DNA of 64,000 nucleotides from Verrucomicrobiota bacterium (GTDB lineage Bacteria; Chlamydiota; Chlamydiia; Chlamydiales; SM23-39): NCBI GenBank assembly GCA_018968815.1, contig JAGWZL010000002.1, positions 20,834 to 84,833 of the forward strand, read 5' to 3'. Shown piece by piece: positions 57,707 to 64,000 of this stretch (position 1 is its first letter; each line of letters starts with the position of its first letter). The notes under the pieces were generated by a model. It saw only the letters and a program-made list of their open reading frames with translations, ran no database searches and was not told where the DNA came from. The position numbers and the translations under genes were made by a program.

Positions 57707-58558
57707 CTATTTCGGTAGTTTCCCAGAGTCTACGATTAGTTTTTTCTCTTCTGATTTCGCTCGGCGTTCAAGTTTTTTCAAGTCTTCTTCGGGAGGAAGA
57801 TTTTCCGGTTTAATACCACGCTGTCCTAGCATAGCGCGGACGCTCTGGTTATTCTGGATATGTTCATCCGTGATAGCCACTTCTCCCTGTAAATCATCTT
57901 GAGATACGTTGTGATTGGTCATCTCCGTCGCCAAGTTCTTTGCAGCAATGGTCAGGGTAGGCAAAAAGTCTGCGAGCGGGCGACTTTCAGTGATTCCGTA
58001 TTTATTTTTCATGGTCTGCGTACAGTGGCCTCCGAAAAGAGCTTGATCGCCTTTAGAGCGGATGCGTCCAAACCCAGGTTCATCTACGCCACGCTCATAG
58101 ATATTTTGAGAGAGAGTCTTCTCTGCTTCTCTTAGTTTTTCTCTGGCCTCTAATCTTGCTTGCAAAAGCATGCGACTTTCGATCAGCTCCTGTTTGCGTG
58201 TTTGAATAGCAAAATAGCTCTGAGCAAAAGCAATGGGTTCTTTGCGAGAGTCTCCGTTTTGGGCAATCAGATAACAGGCGTAGCGGGTCAGCATAAAATC
58301 TTCAATAGATCGTTCAGCACCGCTTCCCAAACGGACCATTTTCCTGATGCCACGAAAATGGTCATTTGGGTCGCAGCCTGTTGTTTTGCAAGACTCTATG
58401 GCACGAGTAATCGTAATAAGAAAATTTTCCCATCTCGCATAGCCGAGAGGCTCTTGCAAGTCCCGAGCAAACCAAAATTCAATTCCTTCTTCAGGGGTAA
58501 TCTGAGCTAGACTGTCAAAGTGACTTTGCAGCTTTTTCATGACTTCGCTATTAGACAT
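57707..58558 (-). CDS. dinD: DNA damage-inducible protein D (DinD)-like
   Basis: The N-terminal region …IEFWFARDLQEPLGYARWENFLITITRAIESCKTTG…DHF… matches the DinD (Bro-N-related) pattern as I remember it. Confidence 0.75.
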   Translation of the reverse strand: MSNSEVMKKLQSHFDSLAQITPEEGIEFWFARDLQEPLGYARWENFLITITRAIESCKTTGCDPNDHFRGIRKMVRLGSGAERSIEDFMLTRYACYLIAQNGDSRKEPIAFAQSYFAIQTRKQELIESRMLLQARLEAREKLREAEKTLSQNIYERGVDEPGFGRIRSKGDQALFGGHCTQTMKNKYGITESRPLADFLPTLTIAAKNLATEMTNHNVSQDDLQGEVAITDEHIQNNQSVRAMLGQRGIKPENLPPEEDLKKLERRAKSEEKKLIVDSGKLPK

Positions 58559-58580
58559 GAGCGCCTCTTTGAGAGAATTT

Positions 58581-58816
58581 TTTTGAAAAAATCATAACTG
58601 AAGACAATAACCGATTCCAGTCAAAAGTTCTGAATGCGTCCAGCCGCCCCCAATAAGCAAAAAAGCCAGGCCTTCGCCTGGCTTTTTTGCTTTTGGGGGT
58701 GGGAAAAAACGCCCCTTGAATGGGGCGTTTTTAGGATGAGAAATGAGAACGCTGTCGTTTCGGCAGCGGGCGAATCGGCGGGAAGCCCGGAGTCCGCCCG
58801 CCCCCATTTTCCGGAA
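58581..58816. repeat. repeat block R1 (~226 bp core): leader + degenerate tRNA 3' end + 2 hairpins + pseudo-tRNA module
   Basis: Near-identical to 61648-61883. gtccagccgccccca lies at 58638-58652 and gagtccgcccgccccca at 58790-58806. Confidence 0.9.
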
Positions 58817-58932
58817 AAGAACTTGTAGTATTTTAATTTTTAATGACTTAGAGTTCTGAAGAGATTGGTTTTCAATGGAATCTTCTCAATGCTTTCTGAT
58901 AGACTCTGACCTTGGAAACAAGGTTTTATTGT

Positions 58933-59634
58933 ATGGTATTTGTAAAAGCTAAAGAAGGTCCTCCGAACGCAAAGGAGAAAGAAACCGATCCAGATATATT
59001 CACTGTGCAGTATTTTGATGAGCGAGGGAATATGACGATCCGAAGTGATGGCTCTGTAGCTTGGCGTTGTAATAATCCTGCGGCAATGTTGTCTAGCCCT
59101 TACAGTACCAGTAAGGATCGACGTTGCATTGGTACTGCTGGCAATGCGAAATATAAGTATGCTGTCTATCCGGACTATCAAACAGGCCATGAAGCTCTCA
59201 TTGTGATGCTCAAAGGGAGCAAATACTTTCATCTTACTTTGCGCCAGGCGTCACTGCGATATGTGGAAGAAGACCCAAACCATATTCATAAAATTGTGAG
59301 GTTATCAAAATTAGACCCTGATCGGATCATCAAATCACTTAGCGAGAAAGAATTTGATGCCTATTGGAAAGCGATAGAAGAGAATGAAGGGTGGGCTGTA
59401 GGGAGAGAGCTTTTTGTTGATAAATGGTACATCACTGCAGTCCATAAGAAGCGTGGGGTCATTTGTGAGTACCGCATTCAGAAAAAAGAGGAGGATATTT
59501 GGTTGTCGAAGTCTGAAGCCCTTTCCATGGCTGGATCAGGGCAGTTGCACGCAATTGTCGTTCATATGAAAAATGGTTCTTGTTATTTAAGGCCGGAATA
59601 TCACGCTGCGTCCTTTTCTTCTCTCATTGTGTAG
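58933..59634 (+). CDS. hypothetical protein (possible C-terminal DUF3892-like module)
   Basis: ORF with an AAGG sequence upstream. It contains a WRCNNPAAM motif. The C-terminus …AIVVHMKNGSCYLRPEY… loosely resembles DUF3892. Low-confidence family call. Confidence 0.45.
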   Translation: MVFVKAKEGPPNAKEKETDPDIFTVQYFDERGNMTIRSDGSVAWRCNNPAAMLSSPYSTSKDRRCIGTAGNAKYKYAVYPDYQTGHEALIVMLKGSKYFHLTLRQASLRYVEEDPNHIHKIVRLSKLDPDRIIKSLSEKEFDAYWKAIEENEGWAVGRELFVDKWYITAVHKKRGVICEYRIQKKEEDIWLSKSEALSMAGSGQLHAIVVHMKNGSCYLRPEYHAASFSSLIV

Positions 59635-60418
59635 TTTTGAGATCGATTGATTCCCAAGAATCTGCCATCATAAGCACTCTTCTGCGATGGTGTCCAGTAT
59701 GAGCGGAAAAAAGAGAGCCTTTGACAGAGACTCCTTTGCTCCATAGGGCTTCTGGTGGATCGTCTTTGGAAAATACGATCTGGATTTCACGCACCCCAAT
59801 TTCTGGTTGATTAAATGGTTCTTCTTCGGGTTCCGCTAATAGCACATTCACAGGTTCTGTCAGCTTCAGAAAAAGGGGAGATTCTGGAATGTCTCCCTGC
59901 TCTATGCTGTAATATTCGGGGGGGCCGGGATAGGTTTTTTGATAGAGAGTGCCTTTGAGTTCCGTAAGACGCGGTTCATAGAAGACAGTAGGAGCTGGGT
60001 GTTCTTTTTGCTGTTTTATATCAATTGCTGCATCGACATCAAATTGGATATCGCTAATAAAATAGAAGCGTGTTGATGGCTCGACAAAATGGCCGTGCAA
60101 CTCTACTTCTTTTCCTAGGAGAGAACTGAACTCCTCGCACATAAAAAGATGTACAAACTCAGCGGTTTCCTTCTGTACTAGAGGGGGCTTAGAGCCAATT
60201 GTAATAGAACGAGAAAAAGTGATGGGCTCTTCAGGCACTAGAATGGTACTTTTCTCTTCATGGTGTTCTTCTGTACCATCGGGATGTTTAAGCGTGCTCT
60301 TCTGAATTGCAGTTTTAAGAACTCCCTTCAGGATAATGTGTGGAGGCGGGTCCCATCCGAGAAGTGGGGTCGCTGTACAAGAAAAAACTGTCAAAAACAA
60401 TATGTTGAGCCACATCAT
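59624..60418 (-). CDS. putative lipoprotein, DUF4431-like
   Basis: Signal peptide plus lipobox (LFLTVFSC). The C-terminus …GTLYQKTYPGPPEYYSIEQGD…VSVKGSLFSAHTGHHRRRVLM resembles the DUF4431 pattern as I remember it. Confidence 0.45.
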   Translation of the reverse strand: MMWLNILFLTVFSCTATPLLGWDPPPHIILKGVLKTAIQKSTLKHPDGTEEHHEEKSTILVPEEPITFSRSITIGSKPPLVQKETAEFVHLFMCEEFSSLLGKEVELHGHFVEPSTRFYFISDIQFDVDAAIDIKQQKEHPAPTVFYEPRLTELKGTLYQKTYPGPPEYYSIEQGDIPESPLFLKLTEPVNVLLAEPEEEPFNQPEIGVREIQIVFSKDDPPEALWSKGVSVKGSLFSAHTGHHRRRVLMMADSWESIDLKTTQ

Positions 60419-60451
60419 GTTACACCTCTTGCAGTGGCAATTTCAATTCGC

Positions 60452-61621
60452 TTAAGTTTGTGGTCGGAGTTCTTCGAGAAGAGCAACATCGTCCTCGTCA
60501 GCTCGCAGGCTCTCTTCTTTAAGGCGCTTTTGATTAAATTCCGAATAGCGCTCAAGGGAGAGTTTCTCTGCTACCTGGGCAGATACTTTACCTGCGTGAT
60601 TTAAGAGATCTTTTTCGTTAAAGCTAAGGAAGGTATCCAACTTTTCCCCCCATTCCCTCATCGTGATCGTCTTTCGCCGTTTTGCTTGTAACTCCGCATA
60701 ATCCAAATACATGACGACAATTTGATTGAGCTCTTCCAGTTCCGTTTGAGTGAGGTAATTTTTGGCAATCGCCACGTCTTGTTGACGCACGCGGCTTCCT
60801 TCCCAGCTTGTCAGCCCCATATTAGGCAGTTTGGGATCCGATCGTTCTACAATCAATTCGGCCGCTGTCTTAGAGACTGTTAACGGATTCGGATTTCGTC
60901 GATTTTGGGGATTATTTTGACCGATTTTCGATTGAAAAGTTGGGGGCAATATACTGAATGTCGATATGGCCCCCAACTTTTCAATCGAAAATCGGTTCAA
61001 AAGAACCCCAAAATCGACTGAAACCGAATCCGTTAACAGTCTCTTATGCGTTGTAGCCCAGAGCATTTTATTCTGAACTTTTTTGAAGAATAGCTGAGCT
61101 TGGTTGCTTTTAGCATCGTAATCGACGGCTGTTGCATAAATATCTCGCACTTTCTGATAGAAGCGCTTTTCGGAGGCTCGGATCTCTCGGATTCGAGCCA
61201 ACCACTCTTCAAAGTAATCATTGCCCCCAGGCTGCTTCAAGCGCTCGTCATCCATTACAAAGCCTTTAACGAGGTATTCTTGGAGGTGAGTTGTTGCCCA
61301 TCTCCGAAATTGCATTCCGCGAGGAGAGCGAACGCGGTACCCAATTGCGAGGATTGCGCTAAGACTGTAAAATTTGAGACTCCGCTGAATCGTTCTTTTC
61401 CCTTCAGATTGAACTTGTAAGGATTCCTTACAAGTTGCGGCTTCATCCAGCTCCTTGTCAGCATAAATAGCTCGTAGATGTGTAGTTATGTTTTGAGGAG
61501 TTGTCTGGAAGAGCTCGGCGATTTCAGCTTGGGTTAGCCAAACAGTGCCGTCTTGGGTTCTGAGTTGAATGGCAGCTGTCCCATCTTCTGTGGTGTATAG
61601 AACGATTTCTCCGTTTGCCAT
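60452..61621 (-). CDS. rhuM: RhuM family virulence-associated protein, interrupted in frame by a 171-bp MITE
   Basis: …WLTQAEIAELFQTT…NITTHL…RFYQKVRDIYATA…KTAAELIVERSDPKLPNMGLTSW… matches RhuM. 57-58 extra residues sit between WATTHK and TAAEL. Confidence 0.8.
   Translation of the reverse strand: MANGEIVLYTTEDGTAAIQLRTQDGTVWLTQAEIAELFQTTPQNITTHLRAIYADKELDEAATCKESLQVQSEGKRTIQRSLKFYSLSAILAIGYRVRSPRGMQFRRWATTHLQEYLVKGFVMDDERLKQPGGNDYFEEWLARIREIRASEKRFYQKVRDIYATAVDYDAKSNQAQLFFKKVQNKMLWATTHKRLLTDSVSVDFGVLLNRFSIEKLGAISTFSILPPTFQSKIGQNNPQNRRNPNPLTVSKTAAELIVERSDPKLPNMGLTSWEGSRVRQQDVAIAKNYLTQTELEELNQIVVMYLDYAELQAKRRKTITMREWGEKLDTFLSFNEKDLLNHAGKVSAQVAEKLSLERYSEFNQKRLKEESLRADEDDVALLEELRPQT
60873..61043. 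mobile_element. 171-bp palindromic MITE flanked by a TTA target duplication
   Basis: Arms gagactgttaacggattcgg… and …ccgaatccgttaacagtctc pair along almost the whole length around a ~21-nt centre. TTA lies at 60870-60872 and at 61044-61046. Confidence 0.8.
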
Positions 61622-61647
61622 GTTTTAGCGCTCGCATCTTGATAAAA

Positions 61648-61883
61648 TTTTGAAAAAATCATAGCTGAAGACAACAACCGATTCCAGTCAAAAGTTCTGA
61701 ATGCGTCCAGCCGCCCCCAAAAGCAAAAAAATCAGGCATTTGCCTGGCTGTTGTTGCTTTTGGGGGGTAGGAAAAACGCTCCTTGAATGGGGCGTTTTTA
61801 GGACGAGAAATGAGAACGCTGTCGTTTCGGCAGCGGGCGAATCGGCGGGAAGCCCGGAGTCCGCCCGCCCCCATTTCCCGGAC
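61648..61883. repeat. repeat block R2 (same architecture as R1)
   Basis: gtccagccgccccca lies at 61705-61719 and gagtccgcccgccccca at 61857-61873. The pseudo-tRNA module differs from R0/R1 at 1 of 74 nt. Confidence 0.9.
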
Positions 61884-61947
61884 GCGCAGTACTAATGCAT
61901 TTTATTTGAATGAGTTAGAGTTTTTGTATCTCGGGCTCTTGCTCTTT

Positions 61948-61980
61948 TTGTACCAAATTTGGTACAATTAGTATTAGAAT
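61948..61980 (+). promoter_or_regulatory. 20-bp perfect palindrome (putative antitoxin operator) overlapping a candidate promoter of the higBA-like operon
   Basis: ttgtaccaaa|tttggtacaa spans 61948-61967. TTGTAC could be a -35 hexamer and TATTAG (61972-61977) a -10 hexamer at 18-nt spacing. Confidence 0.5.
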
Positions 61981-61999
61981 GTGAAGGTAAAAGGACATT

Positions 62000-62357
62000 G
62001 TGTCTGATTTAGTGCCTCGTAAAATTGTCTCTGTTGCCTTCTACAGGCAAGAAAATGGAAAGGAACCGGTCAGGGAATGGTTAAAATCCTTAAAAGAAGG
62101 GGGAAAGGCGCGCGATCGGAGAGGACATCAAAATGGTGCAAGAAGGATGGCCTTTGGGTATGCCCCTTGTTGGGAATTTAGGAAAGGGGTTATGGGAAGT
62201 GCGTAGTACTCTGCCGAATACAATTGCCAGGGTTCTTTTTGTAATGCATGAGGGGCAAATGGTTTTGGTGCATGGATTTATTAAGAAGACGCAGAAGACG
62301 CCTTCCCAGGATTTAGAGATAGGGCTAAAAAGAGCGAAAGAGGTTTGGAGAGGATGA
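62000..62357 (+). pseudogene. higB: HigB/Gp49-like (RelE/ParE superfamily) toxin, frameshifted in a G5 run
   Basis: ORFs 62000-62206 and 62133-62357 together read …KEPVREWLKSLKEG | …AIGEDIKMVQEGWPLGMPLVGNLGKGLWEVRS…RVLFVMHEGQMVLVHGFIKKTQKTP. Removing one G from ggggg (62099-62103) fuses them. Confidence 0.7.
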
Positions 62358-62359
62358 AT

Positions 62360-62641
62360 ATGAAAAAAAACAAGCATATTGGCTCGAATTTTGATGATTT
62401 CTTAAAAGAAGAAGGAATCTTGGAGGAAATCGAGGAAGTAGTCGCCAAAAAGATTTTCGTTTTTCAAATGGAAAAAGAGATGAAGAAACAGGGAATCGAT
62501 AAAGCAGAACTTGCCGAACGAATGGAAACAAGCCGATCTGCTGTTGATCGCATTTTAGATCCAGAGTCTCCGTCTACACTTCGAACATTTGCGAAAGCAG
62601 CGCGCGCTCTGGGTAGACATTTAAAAATTAGCTTGGCTTGA
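62360..62641 (+). CDS. higA: HTH (XRE-type) antitoxin, HigA-like
   Basis: It lies directly downstream of the toxin. …GIDKAELAERMETSRSAVDRILDPE… is a helix-turn-helix. Confidence 0.7.
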   Translation: MKKNKHIGSNFDDFLKEEGILEEIEEVVAKKIFVFQMEKEMKKQGIDKAELAERMETSRSAVDRILDPESPSTLRTFAKAARALGRHLKISLA

Positions 62642-62643
62642 AT

Positions 62644-62970
62644 ATGTCAGATCGTCCAGCAATCCCTATTGCGATAGAAAGGGCTATAAAAATCGAGGCG
62701 GGTCATCGCTGCGCTATTCCAAACTGCCGTCATCCTAAAGTAGAAATAGCTCATATTATCCCATGGACCGAAGTGCAGGAGCATACATTTGAAAACCTCA
62801 TTGCTCTATGTCCAAACTGCCATGATATGTACGACAAAGAGGAGAAAATCGATCGAAAATCAATGCTTATTTACAAAGCAAATCTTGGCTTGCTAAATTA
62901 TCGGTACGGAGAATTTGAGCGTCGTGTCCTGCAATTTTTTTGTGATCAGCCAATCGTAGGTTCAATTTGA
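62644..62970 (+). CDS. HNH endonuclease domain protein (short)
   Basis: HRCAIPNC…EIAHIIPW…ENLIALCPNCHDMYD is an HNH motif with CxxC pairs. Confidence 0.7.
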   Translation: MSDRPAIPIAIERAIKIEAGHRCAIPNCRHPKVEIAHIIPWTEVQEHTFENLIALCPNCHDMYDKEEKIDRKSMLIYKANLGLLNYRYGEFERRVLQFFCDQPIVGSI

Positions 62971-63026
62971 AGGCAGACAATTTGTCGAGGATTGGAAAAA
63001 GGCTCGCTCTCTTGAATAAAGCCCAA

Positions 63027-63105
63027 TCAAAAATTCTGAATTCGTCCAGCCGCCCCCAATAAGCAGAAAAGCCAGGCGAATGCCTGGCTTTTCTGCTTAT
63101 TGGGG
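63027..63105. repeat. repeat block R3 (partial): degenerate tRNA 3' end + hairpin 1 only; end of the array
   Basis: gtccagccgccccca lies at 63044-63058, followed by ataagcagaaaagccagg-cgaatg-cctggcttttctgcttat and ttgggggtg. Similarity then ends. Confidence 0.8.
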
Positions 63106-63312
63106 GTGCGTGTACCCACACCTTGACCCGGCAAAAATGGTCTATACATCGGCTATTGAAATGTTTTTAAAATCTATGGGTTTCATGGCAGTGGCTTTTC
63201 TGTAGAAGAACTTAATGAAATAAAAGTAACAAATAGAGATAGTTATTATTTTATTTTTTTGTTGATTTTTAATAAAATTAAGTCTAAGATTTGGCCTGTA
63301 AAACGGGGAATT

Positions 63313-64000
63313 ATGTCCATAGAATCGCGAAACATCTCTTTGGGTGAACGGGATCAAAATTTTACTTGTCTCGAAGGGGTTAGAATTTGGGCTCAACAAC
63401 ACCCCACGATAGTTAAAATTTTAAAAATAGCAGGGTTAATCTTAGGCGTAGGATTACTCGCTTCGCTTCCATTTACAGCACCGGCCTTGGGGTTAGGGTT
63501 TACAGCAAGTCTTGCGATTACAGGGGGACTTTTCGTTTTAGTTTCTTTAGCCTCTTTATTTGCCTCTAACTCAGCTGATTCATCTAATGCAAGCCATCTT
63601 CCACCCTCTTCTTTTGAAGTTCCGTCTCAGAATCAAGACCACGATGCTCCAACTTTTCAAGATATCGATTCTTCTGTGCTAGAACACCTTCCTGTGGACA
63701 AAACTGTTTTATGTAGAGAGGATTTCTTTGAGTTGGCCGATCCATTTTCTCCTCCTTTAATTGGTAAAAGCGAGTTTGTTTCTAAAGCTATGGTCGAACA
63801 TCTAATGCGTCACAAAAAAGATAGCGCTTTAGGTGTTAAATATGTTCCTGGAGATCAAATCACTAACATGGAAGGAGCTCTTCATACCTTTGTGACTCCT
63901 GTAGCTAGTATTTTGATGACAGGGGACTACAAGTGGGTGGGCCACCTTCAAGGGAAACCGTTTGGAAACAATCAGATGCGCAAAGTTCTCCTAAGCGCTG
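63313..64000 (+). CDS. Inc-like membrane protein (bilobed hydrophobic domain), 3' end beyond the window
   Basis: Manual translation gives MSIESRNISLGERDQ…IAGLILGVGLLASLPFTAPALGLGFTASLAITGGLFVLVSLASLFA…. The frame is open to the window end and an AT-rich region lies upstream. Confidence 0.55.
   Translation, partial: MSIESRNISLGERDQNFTCLEGVRIWAQQHPTIVKILKIAGLILGVGLLASLPFTAPALGLGFTASLAITGGLFVLVSLASLFASNSADSSNASHLPPSSFEVPSQNQDHDAPTFQDIDSSVLEHLPVDKTVLCREDFFELADPFSPPLIGKSEFVSKAMVEHLMRHKKDSALGVKYVPGDQITNMEGALHTFVTPVASILMTGDYKWVGHLQGKPFGNNQMRKVLLSA

Noticed and set aside
57400-63105. Possible CRISPR array, given regularly recurring repeats.
   Set aside because: The repeats are about 226 bp long, not 25-40 bp. 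The intervening 'spacers' are 1-3 kb and contain genes. No cas genes are present.
63142-63402. 86-aa minus-strand ORF in the AT-rich region after the array.
   Set aside because: It has a low-complexity, AT-driven composition and overlaps the start of the better-supported Inc-like plus-strand ORF.

Overview
This 64-kb window appears to come from a chlamydia-like bacterium (phylum Chlamydiota, probably an environmental lineage, roughly 50% GC by eye). The evidence is a type III secretion block, malQ-scc1-copN-cdsV(sctV)-cdsU(sctU), followed further on by ychF-ribF-truB-rbfA-infB-nusA-rpsA. As I recall, that is the gene order of C. trachomatis CT087-CT098. There are also SEC-C-tagged proteins and Inc-like proteins with bilobed hydrophobic domains.

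Most of the window is densely packed core genome:
- ribosomal proteins L25, S6, S18, L9 and L28
- translation and RNA-modification genes pth, mnmA, map, truA and efp
- chaperone and protease genes clpB and htpX
- metabolic genes accBC, hpt, rmlA, rpe and surE
- heptose genes hldD/hldE
- four tRNAs

There are three accessory patches:
1. 5.5-9.2 kb holds hypothetical genes, including a membrane-anchored retropepsin-like protein.
2. 33.0-34.6 kb holds repeat-rich hypothetical genes inserted, together with alr and an ABC-F gene, between cdsU and ychF.
3. 57.3-63.1 kb is the most striking. Three small gene cassettes are anchored at tRNA-Tyr: dinD; two unknown genes plus rhuM; and a frameshifted higB-like toxin, an XRE-type antitoxin and an HNH gene. 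They are separated by near-identical ~226-bp repeat blocks. Each block contains a degenerate and an exact copy of the tRNA-Tyr 3' end, two bidirectional terminator hairpins and a tRNA-sized pseudo-tRNA module. No integrase is visible in the window.

The rhuM gene carries a 171-bp palindromic MITE inserted in frame and flanked by a TTA duplication. A second MITE-like family has one complete 174-bp copy and two partial copies elsewhere in the window.

All calls rest on reading the sequence and ORF translations and on remembered family motifs. No database search was run.
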